Shown piece after piece: positions 21,001-29,935 of a stretch of DNA of 64,000 nucleotides. The first letter of the stretch is position 1, and every line of letters begins with the position of its first letter. Source of the DNA: an uncultured Gemmatimonadales bacterium. GTDB taxonomy: Bacteria; Gemmatimonadota; Gemmatimonadetes; Gemmatimonadales; Gemmatimonadaceae. The DNA is taken from the NCBI GenBank assembly GCA_963701965.1, contig OY969695.1, positions 2,240,001 through 2,304,000 of the forward strand, in the 5' to 3' direction. The position numbers were made by a program, and so were the translations under genes. The notes under the pieces were generated by a model, which did not search any database, was not told the origin of the DNA, and saw only the letters and a program-made list of their open reading frames with translations.

Positions 21001-21233
21001 CCGAGCCCGCGCGCGGCGGCTGGCGCCGCTACCTGGGCTGGACCGTCGGCCTCTTGCCCATTCCCCGCGACTGGCCCCGCGCCCGTCGTCGCTTGTCCGC
21101 GCTGGGCGAGCGCGCGATCGGCGGCGAGATCGTCGGACTCGACGAGCTGTGGGACGCGGCGGTCGACGCCTATCGTCTCCCGCCGGCCGCCGTCGCGCCT
21201 CTGGCCGCGTGGGTCCTGGGCCCGAGTCGCTGA
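18048..21233 (+). CDS. N6-adenine DNA methyltransferase, Eco57I/TaqI (Type IIG-like) architecture
   Basis: IPFLNGGLF, SGTYYTP, VLDPACGSGAFL (motif I), LPNLDRN, FDAIVGNPPW (motif IV), C-terminal TRD-like region. Confidence 0.9.
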   Translation: MLLSSAHDSVTLAPILAALRFAAARQIDADDRARLGLGALASEAWVARGDGALRALIITPRAGMPARHLVGLVAERLARRAPHLLWLLIAVDSGEAGGSLALAAWSADRVPPRVAALIVDRAHVVESDADTIVALEAAAAIGPTDPDGALTHTRWIDILGREGLGRRFHRAVARAVNALAAGSEGRAAASERHEIALLYTCRLLFLAFLEAKGWLDGDRAFLGRAFDRCVAGAGGVHARVLLPLFFGTLNTPPHRRAARARAFGRIPFLNGGLFAPAPVERRRGIRFTDAALGVLFGDVLPHFRFRPHEDHTESAIDPAMLGRTFESLMETVARRTSGTYYTPRALVDTAVVAAIAQLLTGDGLTAAEAEAFVRGGPVAHELSDAMRARLGSVRVLDPACGSGAFLVHVLETLAALAARLGDTRPLGELRAAILTQSIFGVDTNPTAVWLCELRLWLSVVIESEVTDPLAVSPLPNLDRNVRVGNSLAGGGASCTNAPGIALLRRRYVTATGTRKRAVAMALDRAERAVAIAHVTRTLQRVRGQRADLLAAGRGRDLFGHHVAPHTERLTALRTESRALRRQLTALRDGAALPFAYAVQFAEAALGFDAIVGNPPWVRLHNIPASERERLRAGFRTFREAAWMHGARLARAGQGFGSQVDLAALFAERAVSLCRPGGVIALLVPAKLFRALAGGGFRALLRRDTRITAIEDWSDAEPAFDAAVYPALVVARRADPAGTRNAMTRVAVHQRGGRARRWVAPVDRLALDATDGCPWALIPPAVRGAFDAVVAAGVPMHETRFGAPWLGVKSGLNAAFVVTTADDGENAGDPASASGITRIVGRGERGAPRCGLMETALLRPLIRGETITPWVARGRERLVWAHDAEVLPEHAARWLAPWRHRLRARSDTRGGRWWRLFRAESADARHPRVVWADIGRSPRAAVLPAGCPSVALNSCYLARCPDLGDALAFAALLNGPLAAAWLNAIAEPARGGWRRYLGWTVGLLPIPRDWPRARRRLSALGERAIGGEIVGLDELWDAAVDAYRLPPAAVAPLAAWVLGPSR

Positions 21234-23452
21234 TCACCACGCGCGCCGCGTTAGCGCGCGTGTGGCTCGGGGACGCGGTTGCTGTCCCTATCCAGCTCGG
21301 CGCGATCACGCTCCATCCCCACCAAGCCTCCGCCGTCGCGCGCCTGGAGCGGGCCCTGGCCGAATTCGGCGGCGCGCTGCTCGCCGACGAGACAGGACTG
21401 GGCAAGACGTACGTGGCCGCCGCCCTCATCGCCAGGGCCCGGCGCCCGCTGGTCATCGCGCCCGCCGGGCTCCGCGCGATGTGGCACCAGGCTTTGACGG
21501 CCAGCGGCACGCACGCCACCGTCCACTCGGTCGAGGCCTTGAGTCGCGGCCGGCTGCCGGAAGCTGGGTGCCAGGATCCCGGCGCAGCCGGGATCAGTCC
21601 AACCGACCCCGGATCTCGCGACGCGGAGCGTGGGCGAGATCTCGTCGTGGTCGACGAGGCCCATCACTTCCGGAACCCGCACACCCGCCGCTACGCAGCC
21701 CTCTCGGCGCTCGCCATCGGCGCCCGCGTCCTCCTGCTGTCAGCGACGCCCGTCCACAACCGGCGACGCGATCTCATCGCGCTCCTGGCGCTCTTTCTGG
21801 GCGCCCAGGCGGCCGACGAGACGACGCGGGGACGGGTCATCGTGCGCCGCCTGCACACCGCGGAGACGCGGCCGCGCGTGGATCCCACGCGGTGGTTGAC
21901 CGTTCCCCACGACGACGCAACGCTGGACGCGATATTGGCCCTGCCACCGCCGGTGCCGCCGAGCGACGGCGGCAGCGCCGGCGCGCTCGTGGCTCTCGGT
22001 CTCATCCGCCAGTGGGCATCGAGCAGCGCCGCCCTGCGCGCCGCATTGCGCCGGCGCCTGGAGCGCGCCGGCGCACTAGCCTCCGCGCTCGAATGCGGGC
22101 GGCATCCCACCGATCGCGATATCCGCGGTTGGTGTCTGGGCGACGGCGCCGTCCAGCTCGCCTTTCCCGAGCTGCTCATTCCCCAGCCGACCATGGAGGC
22201 GGGCGCGTTGCTCTCCGCCGTGCGCGCGCACGAAGCGGCCGTCGCCCAGTTGCTGCGCGACGTGCGCGACCGCCCTGATCCCGACATCGCGCGCGGCGCG
22301 CGGTTGCGCGCGATCATTGCGCGACACCCCGGCCAGAAGATCGTGGCGTTCTCCGTCTTCGAGGACACGGTGCGGGCCCTGGCGCGTCGTCTGGCGCGCG
22401 ACGCCCGCGTGTGCGCCCTGGGCAGCCGCGGCGGTGTCGTCGCCAATGGAACGCTGACGCGCGCCGCCGCGATCGCGCGTTTCGCACCACTCGGCACCGG
22501 CGCCGCCGACGCGATTGATGTATTGCTCGCGACCGACCTGCTGAGCGAGGGCGTCAACCTGCAGGATGCCTCCGTCATCGTGCACCTCGATCTCCCGTGG
22601 ACACCCGCGCGCATCGAACAGCGCATCGGTCGCGCGGCACGGCTCGGGTCGCCGCATGCGTGCGTCACCGTGTATGCGATGGCGCCGCCCGTCGCGGTCG
22701 AACGATGTCTCGGCGTGCAGCGCCGCCTCGAGGAAAAGCTTCGCCACGCCGCGCGCGGCCTCGGAACGAGCGGCCTGATCGTGCCGCGCGCACTGGACGT
22801 GACGTTCGACATGCGCGCAACGTGCGAACGGTGGCTTGCCGCCGGCGGTCAGCGAGAGTGCCAGGCAGGCTATCCGTGGGCCGCCATTCGCGCGCCGCGC
22901 ACCGGATATCTCGCCGCCGTCCGCGCCGGCGGTGTCCCGTCGCTCGTGGTCGATCTCGGCGACGGCCCAACAGACGATACGGATGCGGTGGCCCGCGCCG
23001 TATCGCTGGCCGATGGGCCGGTCCTAACGGCGCCGGCGCGCCCCGAGGGCACCGAGCGGGCGGCACGAGCCTGGGGCGCGCGGCGGTGCGCCGCCCGCGA
23101 CGCCGGCACGCTCGCCTCCGACGACCCGCGGCGCGCCGCAAGGCGGATCGCGCGGCGGATCGCGCGGGCTATTCGGCGCGCCCCCGCGCACCGGCGTCCG
23201 ATCGTCGCCGCGTTGGCCGCCCGCGCGCGCCGCGCGCTTGCGCCGGCCGGTGCCGGCACCGAGCGCGCCCTCGCCGCGCTCGTGGACGCCGCGCTCGCCG
23301 ACGAAGCCTGGCTCACCGCCGTCGCGGCACTCGCCCGCGCGCCACATCCCACCACCGCCACCGGTGGTGCGCAAGACGATGTGACCGTGCTCGCGCTGCT
23401 GCTGTTTCGCGCCGCGCCGTCGGAGTCGCGGGAGTGTCGGCCAGGGCCTTGA
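21230..23452 (+). CDS. SNF2-like superfamily 2 helicase (start uncertain)
   Basis: LHPHQ, LLADETGLGKT, VVVDEAHH, LLSATP, ATDLLSEGVNLQ, QRIGRAAR. Confidence 0.9.
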   Translation: MITTRAALARVWLGDAVAVPIQLGAITLHPHQASAVARLERALAEFGGALLADETGLGKTYVAAALIARARRPLVIAPAGLRAMWHQALTASGTHATVHSVEALSRGRLPEAGCQDPGAAGISPTDPGSRDAERGRDLVVVDEAHHFRNPHTRRYAALSALAIGARVLLLSATPVHNRRRDLIALLALFLGAQAADETTRGRVIVRRLHTAETRPRVDPTRWLTVPHDDATLDAILALPPPVPPSDGGSAGALVALGLIRQWASSSAALRAALRRRLERAGALASALECGRHPTDRDIRGWCLGDGAVQLAFPELLIPQPTMEAGALLSAVRAHEAAVAQLLRDVRDRPDPDIARGARLRAIIARHPGQKIVAFSVFEDTVRALARRLARDARVCALGSRGGVVANGTLTRAAAIARFAPLGTGAADAIDVLLATDLLSEGVNLQDASVIVHLDLPWTPARIEQRIGRAARLGSPHACVTVYAMAPPVAVERCLGVQRRLEEKLRHAARGLGTSGLIVPRALDVTFDMRATCERWLAAGGQRECQAGYPWAAIRAPRTGYLAAVRAGGVPSLVVDLGDGPTDDTDAVARAVSLADGPVLTAPARPEGTERAARAWGARRCAARDAGTLASDDPRRAARRIARRIARAIRRAPAHRRPIVAALAARARRALAPAGAGTERALAALVDAALADEAWLTAVAALARAPHPTTATGGAQDDVTVLALLLFRAAPSESRECRPGP

Positions 23453-23479
23453 CCTTGACGCTGCGTCAGCCGGCATCGT
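23449..23479 (+). promoter_or_regulatory. MerR-type promoter/operator
   Basis: TTGACC-19 bp-CATCGT; the spacer contains the dyad TGACGC-T-GCGTCA; ATG lies 6 nt downstream. Confidence 0.75.
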
Positions 23480-23485
23480 GTGCCC

Positions 23486-24130
23486 ATGCCGGCAGTCCTC
23501 ATGCAAACCGCGGTCGCGCTCCTCACCTACGCCTACGGCGCGAATTGGACGGCGGGACGCGCCCAGCGCGATATGTTGATGTTCGAGTATTACAGCGGCT
23601 GGGCCCACGGCGACGAGTACGTCTATCTCGAGACCCAGAACGTCGCGACGCACACCAATGGGTCGACCGTCGGCACCGGCGAAACCACACCCTACGCCGA
23701 AGTGCATGCCCGACTTGGCGGCGCCGTCGACGGGGGACCCATCCGCGGGCTGTACGTCGCCAACCAAATCGACGCGGGCCAAGGATACATTGTCCTCTTG
23801 TCCGGCGCCGGCATCCGGTGGGGCGGAGGGTTCCAGACGGACCTGTACCTCCGCTATGACCCCGGTCTGGCGAAGCCGACGTGGCAGGCGACCACGTACG
23901 GCGAATGGGCGTTCCGTATCGGACCTGTTCATGTGCGATACGGTGGGTATATCAAGGCCGTGGGATCCGAAGGGTCGTCGGTGACCTTCGTAGTAAGCGA
24001 TACGCGACTCGTGTGGGAGCCGGTTCGGCATCTGGGGGCCGGGGTCGCGCTGCGGCTGTGGCGCAACGATTCTGGTGTCCGGGGGATTGATCAGATGGTG
24101 CCCGAGGCCATCCTCCAATGGAGGTTCTAG
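23486..24130 (+). CDS. outer-membrane beta-barrel, Tsx/OmpK-like channel
   Basis: Alternating aromatic beta strands, FEYYSGW..GD.YVY, C-terminal QWRF (BAM-type terminal Phe). Confidence 0.6.
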   Translation: MPAVLMQTAVALLTYAYGANWTAGRAQRDMLMFEYYSGWAHGDEYVYLETQNVATHTNGSTVGTGETTPYAEVHARLGGAVDGGPIRGLYVANQIDAGQGYIVLLSGAGIRWGGGFQTDLYLRYDPGLAKPTWQATTYGEWAFRIGPVHVRYGGYIKAVGSEGSSVTFVVSDTRLVWEPVRHLGAGVALRLWRNDSGVRGIDQMVPEAILQWRF

Positions 24131-24132
24131 CG

Positions 24133-24882
24133 GTGTTACCGATCGGCGAGTTCGCGGAGATGGCTGGCGTCACGCATCGCTTGTTGCGGCACTACGAGGC
24201 CGTTGGCGTGCTGGCGCCCGCGGAAACGGACCGGCGTACCGGCTATCGCTATTACGCGCGAGCGCAGGTCGCGACGCTGCAGCGCGTGCTCGCCTATCGG
24301 GACGCCGGCGTGCCCTTGGCGGTCATCGCCGACTTGCTGCGAGACGATGCGCCGCGCGGGTTGCTCGAGCGGCAGCGCGACGCGCTGGTCGCGGCGCGGG
24401 TCGCGCTCGATCGGAAGCTCGAGCTGCTCGACGCCGAGATCCACCGGCTCGCCACGCGCCCGTTTCGAGTCAAGTGGACGGCGCCCGTGTGGACGGCGTC
24501 GGTTCGACGCTCGATTCCGACGTACGCCGAAGCGGATGCTTTGCTGCGGGAGCTCAAGGCCATGTGCGCCGCCCGAGAGGCGACGCCGTCAGCGGCGATC
24601 TGGCATTCGTGCCGTCCCGACCTGGGGCGCATCGATTGCGAGATGCAGGTCGTCTTTCGCCACGAGCGGCGGGGGTTGAGACCGATGCCCCGTCAGCTTG
24701 TCGTGAGCTTCGCGCACACGGGGTCCGACAGCGAGCTGCCGCTCATCTACGGAGAGATGAAGCGGTGGGCGGTCGCGGCGCGGTATCGCCCGTGTGGGCC
24801 CCTCCGCGAAGTGTACTGGAGTGGCGTTGACGGGCCGCCGATCACCGAGGTGCAGTTTCCGGTCAATCCTGGAGGCACATGA
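24133..24882 (+). CDS. MerR family regulator with GyrI-like effector domain (BmrR-like)
   Basis: IGEFAEMAGVT.RLLRHYE, TGYRYY, C-terminal LREVY...ITEVQFPV; GGAGG RBS. Confidence 0.9.
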   Translation: MLPIGEFAEMAGVTHRLLRHYEAVGVLAPAETDRRTGYRYYARAQVATLQRVLAYRDAGVPLAVIADLLRDDAPRGLLERQRDALVAARVALDRKLELLDAEIHRLATRPFRVKWTAPVWTASVRRSIPTYAEADALLRELKAMCAAREATPSAAIWHSCRPDLGRIDCEMQVVFRHERRGLRPMPRQLVVSFAHTGSDSELPLIYGEMKRWAVAARYRPCGPLREVYWSGVDGPPITEVQFPVNPGGT

Positions 24883-25274
24883 ACAAATTCACGAATCCGC
24901 CAACGATGCCGGCGCTGCCCGGCTACTCGCAGGTCGTCGAGACGACGGGCCATCGCACGATCTACATCGCGGGACAGGTCGCCCTCGATCGCGCCGGCGT
25001 ACTCGTGGGCGCGAACGATGCCGAAGCGCAAGCGGCGCAAGTGCTGGAGAATGTGCGCTTAGCCGTGGAGGCCGCGGGCGGCGGTCTCCAGCATATCGTG
25101 AAGCTCACGCACTACGTGACGGACATGGCGACCGCGCTCCCGGCCTACCGAAAAGTGCGACAGACACTGGTGCGCTTCGATCCGCCGCCGGCGAGCACGT
25201 TCGTCGAGGTGCGCCGGCTATTTCGGGACGAATTTCTCATCGAGATCGACGCAGTCGCCGTGCTGCCGGACTAG
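24879..25274 (+). CDS. RidA/YjgF family protein
   Basis: GYSQVV, IYIAGQV, VKLTHYVTD, PPASTFVEV, LIEIDAVA. Confidence 0.92.
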   Translation: MNKFTNPPTMPALPGYSQVVETTGHRTIYIAGQVALDRAGVLVGANDAEAQAAQVLENVRLAVEAAGGGLQHIVKLTHYVTDMATALPAYRKVRQTLVRFDPPPASTFVEVRRLFRDEFLIEIDAVAVLPD

Positions 25275-25297
25275 CGCTGCGTTAGCTTCTGCCGGGG

Positions 25298-25957
25298 ATG
25301 CCCATACCACCCGCGCGGCGTGCGGTGCTGTTCGATCTGGATGGCACGTTGCTCGACACGATCGAGCTCCTCCTCAGCAGCGTGCGCTTCGCCTTTCGCG
25401 ACCGCCGCGGCTCTGTCCCGACCACGGAGGAATGGGTGGCGGGCATCGGCACGCCCCTCATCACCCAGCTCCGCGCCTACGCCACCGACGAAGCCGATCT
25501 GGCAAGCCTGATCGAGGGGTATCGCGAGTATCAGCGCGCCCATCACGATCAGCTGACGCGCGCCTACGCCGACGCCATCGAGACCGTGGCCGAGCTGCAC
25601 CGGCGCGGCCACCGCATGGCCGTCGTCACATCCAAGGCCACGGACATCGCCAACCGGAGTTTGACCTTCGTCGGACTGGACCATTACATCGAGTTCGTCG
25701 TCGGCTTCGACACGACCGATCGGCACAAGCCCGATCCGACACCCGTGCGCTATGCGGTCGAGGCGCTGGGTGTCGACGCGTCCGAGACCCTCTTCGTCGG
25801 CGACTCGCCACACGACATGCTCGCCGGAAACGCGGCCGGTGTTATCACCGTAGGGGCCCTGTGGGGGCCGTTTCCGCGCGCGGCACTGTTGGCCGCGGCG
25901 CCGCGCTACTCTCTGGACCGCATCGGCGATCTCCCGGCACTGCTGGATCGGCTCTAA
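25298..25957 (+). CDS. HAD family hydrolase (PpaX-like)
   Basis: LFDLDGTLLD, VVTSK, KPDP, VGDSPHD. Confidence 0.92.
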   Translation: MPIPPARRAVLFDLDGTLLDTIELLLSSVRFAFRDRRGSVPTTEEWVAGIGTPLITQLRAYATDEADLASLIEGYREYQRAHHDQLTRAYADAIETVAELHRRGHRMAVVTSKATDIANRSLTFVGLDHYIEFVVGFDTTDRHKPDPTPVRYAVEALGVDASETLFVGDSPHDMLAGNAAGVITVGALWGPFPRAALLAAAPRYSLDRIGDLPALLDRL

Positions 25958-25994
25958 GAGACCGGAGGAGGGCAGGTGCGCCTCAACAGCATTC

Positions 25995-26022
25995 AAACCT
26001 TCAGGGCCGTCCGGCGATCTCA
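25995..26022 (+). promoter_or_regulatory. possible ECF sigma autoregulatory promoter
   Basis: AAACCT-N17-TCTCA resembles the sigmaE-type GAACTT-N16-TCTRA, directly upstream of the ECF sigma gene. Confidence 0.35.
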
Positions 26023-26051
26023 ATTCGTGAGACGCATGAATAGCCCGCACG

Positions 26052-26645
26052 ATGCTCGTGGCGCCGCCTGAGGCGGCTAACGACGCCCAAGCCGCCCGCG
26101 CGGCAGAGGCGACCGATCTCTCGGCAGCCAATGGCGGAGATCGGGAGGCGTTCGAGCGGCTGTACCGGGCGCACGTCGATCGGGTGTTTTCGCTGTGCGT
26201 CCGGATGTCGGGCGATCGGGTGCTGGCGGAGGAGTTGACGCAGGATGTGTTCGTGCGGGCGTGGGAACGGTTGGCGTCATTCCGGGGCGACAGCGCGTTT
26301 GGCACATGGCTCTACCGGTTGGCGGTAAACGTCGTGCTCAACGCGCGGAAGACCGCGGGAAGACATTGGAAGCGGTTTCTGGACGAAAGCGGCAGCGAGT
26401 CCGACAGTTATGACAACCTGCCGCGCGAGACGGGAGCCTCCACTTCGTCTGATCCGGGAGGCAAGCTGGACTTGGAAACGGCGGTGGCGACGCTGCCGCC
26501 TGGCGCACGACGGGTGTTCGTGCTCCATGACGTGCAAGGATACCGACACGAGGAGATCGCCGAGATGCTGGGGATAACGTCGGGGGGCAGCAAAGCGCAG
26601 TTGCACCGGGCCCGGCTCCTCATGCGCGGCGCGTTGGCCCGATGA
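26052..26645 (+). CDS. ECF RNA polymerase sigma factor
   Basis: GDREAFERLY, AEELTQDVF, FGTWLYRLAVN, EEIAEMLG...SKAQLHRAR. Confidence 0.95.
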   Translation: MLVAPPEAANDAQAARAAEATDLSAANGGDREAFERLYRAHVDRVFSLCVRMSGDRVLAEELTQDVFVRAWERLASFRGDSAFGTWLYRLAVNVVLNARKTAGRHWKRFLDESGSESDSYDNLPRETGASTSSDPGGKLDLETAVATLPPGARRVFVLHDVQGYRHEEIAEMLGITSGGSKAQLHRARLLMRGALAR

Positions 26646-27331
26646 TGACACCAGAGTTGACCTGCGACGCGTTCGACGCGTCGCTGCCGGACTACCTCGA
26701 GCGATCGCTCGACGCCGCGACGGCCGCCGGCGCCCAACTGCACCTGGCGCGGTGCGAGCGGTGCGCGGCGCTGGTGCGCGATCTCGACGACATTGGCTCG
26801 CGGGCCGCGGAACTGCCGCTGCTCACGCCGTCGCGCGATCTGTGGCCCGGCATCGCGGCCCGCATTGAAGCGCCGGTCACGTCGATCGACGCCGGGCGCA
26901 TCGCCCGGACACGCGGCGCGCGCCGGTGGCTCTACGACGGCGCGATCGCCGCGGCGCTCATTGTCGCCACGGCGGGTGGCACGTACCTGGCCATGCGTCG
27001 CCCGCAAGCGGCGCGCGTCGCCCAGGGCTTCCCTCCCGCCGCCAGCGGCACCGTGACGACCGTCAGCGAAAAGCCCTCGGCCACGGTGACCTACGAACGG
27101 GAGATCGACGGCTTGCGCTCCATCGTCCGCGACCGGCGCAGTCAGCTCGATCCCAAGACCCTGGCCGTGATCCAGCGCAACCTCAGTGTGATCGACTCGG
27201 CCATCGCCGAGAGCCGGGCGGCGCTGCAACACGATCCCAAGAACGCGTTCCTGGCGACCCAGCTCGACCGCGCGTTGGATACGAAGCTCGACCTGCTCCG
27301 CACCGTCGCCTTGCTGCCGGCGCGCACTTGA
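26642..27331 (+). CDS. zf-HC2 anti-sigma factor
   Basis: HLARCERC (HxxxCxxC), single TM helix, directly downstream of the ECF sigma. Confidence 0.88.
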   Translation: MMTPELTCDAFDASLPDYLERSLDAATAAGAQLHLARCERCAALVRDLDDIGSRAAELPLLTPSRDLWPGIAARIEAPVTSIDAGRIARTRGARRWLYDGAIAAALIVATAGGTYLAMRRPQAARVAQGFPPAASGTVTTVSEKPSATVTYEREIDGLRSIVRDRRSQLDPKTLAVIQRNLSVIDSAIAESRAALQHDPKNAFLATQLDRALDTKLDLLRTVALLPART

Positions 27332-27350
27332 CCATCGAACCTGACTCCCT

Positions 27351-28370
27351 ATGCCCACTCTAATGTCGATCCCTTCGACCTGGCGCACGCTCGGCGTGGC
27401 GCTGGTGCTGGCCGCGGCGTCGGTCGCCGGCGCGCAGGAAACGCCGCCGACCCCGCCCACGCCCCCCACACCGCCGACACCGCCGTCACCCCCGGCCGTC
27501 TATTACGCCGGCAAAGCCTGGAAGCACTCGCACCACGACGATGACAACGACGGCGAGACGATCGACACGACCATTGCGTTCGCCGGGCCCGGCGGTACCA
27601 TCGATCTCGGGCTGGTCTCGGGTCGGATCACCGTGCGGGGATGGTCGCGCGCCGAGGCCAAGGTCCACGCCACGAGCGACGAAGGGCGGATCGAGTTCGA
27701 GCACAGCGCGAACCGCATTCTGCTGGACGTCCGGGAGCGGCACGACGGCGATAGCGAATTCGACGTGACGGTGCCGTTCGGCAGCCGGGTGCTCATGCGC
27801 AGCACGTCCGGGGACATCCATTCCGAAGGCGTGAAAGGCCCGCTCGAGGCCCGCACCGTGAGCGGCGAAGTCCAGGTCAGCGGCATCGTGGGCGACGCCG
27901 TGATCGAAGGCGTGTCCGGCGACGTGGGCGCCCGCGACATTGAGGGCAACCTGCGCGTGAACTGCGTCAGCGGCCTGATCACACTCGCCACGGTACACGG
28001 CGACGTCAATGCCTCCAGTGTGAGCGGCGACATCAGCTTGCCCAACGGCCGCTCCCGGAACGTCCGCATGGAGTCGGTGAGCGGCGAGTTGACCTACGGC
28101 GGCACCGTCGCACCCGACGGACGCTACGACTTCCACTCCCACTCGGGCGACGTGACGTTGCGGCTGCCGACCGACATCGGCGCCTCTCTCGGCCTCCAGA
28201 CCTTCAGCGGATCCATCGAGAGCGCGTTCAAGATCATCATCGCGGGCGATACGGACCATTGGGGCTCGGGGCAGCGGATCAACACGACGATCGGACGCGG
28301 CGGCGCGCGCATCACGGTCGAGACGTTCAGCGGCGATATCCGGCTGGAACATTTTTCACACGCGGAGTAG
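27351..28370 (+). CDS. DUF4097 beta-strand repeat protein
   Basis: Signal peptide, (TPP)n linker, repeated SVSGD/TFSG units. Confidence 0.88.
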   Translation: MPTLMSIPSTWRTLGVALVLAAASVAGAQETPPTPPTPPTPPTPPSPPAVYYAGKAWKHSHHDDDNDGETIDTTIAFAGPGGTIDLGLVSGRITVRGWSRAEAKVHATSDEGRIEFEHSANRILLDVRERHDGDSEFDVTVPFGSRVLMRSTSGDIHSEGVKGPLEARTVSGEVQVSGIVGDAVIEGVSGDVGARDIEGNLRVNCVSGLITLATVHGDVNASSVSGDISLPNGRSRNVRMESVSGELTYGGTVAPDGRYDFHSHSGDVTLRLPTDIGASLGLQTFSGSIESAFKIIIAGDTDHWGSGQRINTTIGRGGARITVETFSGDIRLEHFSHAE

Positions 28371-28372
28371 CG

Positions 28373-29203
28373 ATGATTCGGACGACGTGGGCCGTAGCAG
28401 CGCCTTGCGCGGCGCTGGCCGTGATGGTGTGTAGCGCCAGTCCTGCCATGGCGCAGGCGGCCGGCGGGGATGCGGCGCCGGACTTTCACTGGACGGGCGA
28501 CGTCAGCGCCGGCCACTGGGTGCGCGTGCACAATATCTCCGGATCCATCCACGTCGAGTCGGCGGACGGCAATACCGTCGTCGTGGACGCCCATAAGAAA
28601 TGGCGGCACGGCGATCCCGCCGACGTGCGGATCGTCGTCGAGCGCGGCAGCGGGGATGGCGATGTGGTGATCTGCGCCTTGTGGGACCACCAGTCGACCT
28701 GCAACGACGAGAACTACAGCGGACGGCGGCATCACCATCACGACGACGACGATGACAATGACGTGTCCGTCGAGTTCACCGTGCGACTGCCCAAAGGCGT
28801 GAACGTCGGCACATCGACGGTCAACGGCAGCGTCTCGGTCAACGGCGCCACGGCGCGCGTGGAAGCCAAAACCGTCAACGGTCGCGTCGAAGCGAGCACC
28901 CTCGGCGGCCCGGTCCAGGCGCAAACCGTGAACGGCGACGTCGAAGTCCACATGTCCACCATCGCCAACGCGAACGATCTCGAGTATTCGACGGTAAACG
29001 GGTCGGTGACGGTGTATCTCCCGACGCAACTCAACGCCGAGATCGAGATGTCGACGGTGAACGGGAGCTTTCATTCCGACTATCCGCTGGCGCTGAGCGG
29101 CCGGATCGACCCACACCACCTGCGGGCCACGATCGGCAGCGGGGGCACCCGGGTGCGGTTCTCGACGGTCAACGGCAGCATCGAGCTGCGAAAGACGACG
29201 TAG
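28373..29203 (+). CDS. DUF4097 beta-strand repeat protein
   Basis: Signal peptide, repeated (S/K/Q)TVNG units; GGAG RBS. Confidence 0.88.
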   Translation: MIRTTWAVAAPCAALAVMVCSASPAMAQAAGGDAAPDFHWTGDVSAGHWVRVHNISGSIHVESADGNTVVVDAHKKWRHGDPADVRIVVERGSGDGDVVICALWDHQSTCNDENYSGRRHHHHDDDDDNDVSVEFTVRLPKGVNVGTSTVNGSVSVNGATARVEAKTVNGRVEASTLGGPVQAQTVNGDVEVHMSTIANANDLEYSTVNGSVTVYLPTQLNAEIEMSTVNGSFHSDYPLALSGRIDPHHLRATIGSGGTRVRFSTVNGSIELRKTT

Positions 29204-29248
29204 GGCTTGAACCCGCTATATTACAGAGACCTGTAATTGGAGTCCGTC

Positions 29249-29935
29249 ATGGGTTTCTCGTACGCGGGTGCACTTGCCCAGCCGGTCGTCCGCACCGGCG
29301 AAGAGCGGGCGACGCTCGTCCGTCGCACGTACGCGCTGGTGTTCACGGGTGTGTTGGCCACGATCGGCGGCGCACTGTTCTCGTCGACCCAGCCGGCGGT
29401 GCTGGAGGCTGTCGTGCAGCATCCCTTCATTGGGATCCTGCTCATGTTCGCCCCCTTGATCGCTGCCCAACGGGCGTACAACAAGTTCCCGGCCAACATC
29501 GGCCTGGTGTACCTGTTCACGTTCATCATGGGCGTCTATCTGGCGCCGACGCTGCTGTACTACGCCAAGGTGCAGCCCGGCGTCTTGGGTCAGGCCGGAT
29601 TGCTGACCGCCACGACGTTCGGGGCGCTGACGGGCTACGCCTTTGTGAGCCGCCGCGATTTCAGCGCGTGGGGCTCGTTCTTTTTCGTCGGCCTCATCGT
29701 CCTCGTGGTCACGTCGCTCATCAACGTGTTCCTGCAGAGCGCGGTGGCGCAGCTCTGGATCGCCGCGGCGACGGTGCTGGTGTTCTCGGGCTTGTTGATC
29801 TTCGACACGTGGCGGATCCGGAACACCTTCGGGCCTGACCAATACGTGTTGGCCGCGATCTCGATCTATCTCGATCTCCTGAACCTGTTCATGGCGATCT
29901 TGACGCTCCTGTCGGGCGGGCGCCGGCGCGGCTAG
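29249..29935 (+). CDS. Bax inhibitor-1/YccA family membrane protein
   Basis: RRTY, RRDFS, LIFDT, AISIYLDLLNLF. Confidence 0.93.
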   Translation: MGFSYAGALAQPVVRTGEERATLVRRTYALVFTGVLATIGGALFSSTQPAVLEAVVQHPFIGILLMFAPLIAAQRAYNKFPANIGLVYLFTFIMGVYLAPTLLYYAKVQPGVLGQAGLLTATTFGALTGYAFVSRRDFSAWGSFFFVGLIVLVVTSLINVFLQSAVAQLWIAAATVLVFSGLLIFDTWRIRNTFGPDQYVLAAISIYLDLLNLFMAILTLLSGGRRRG

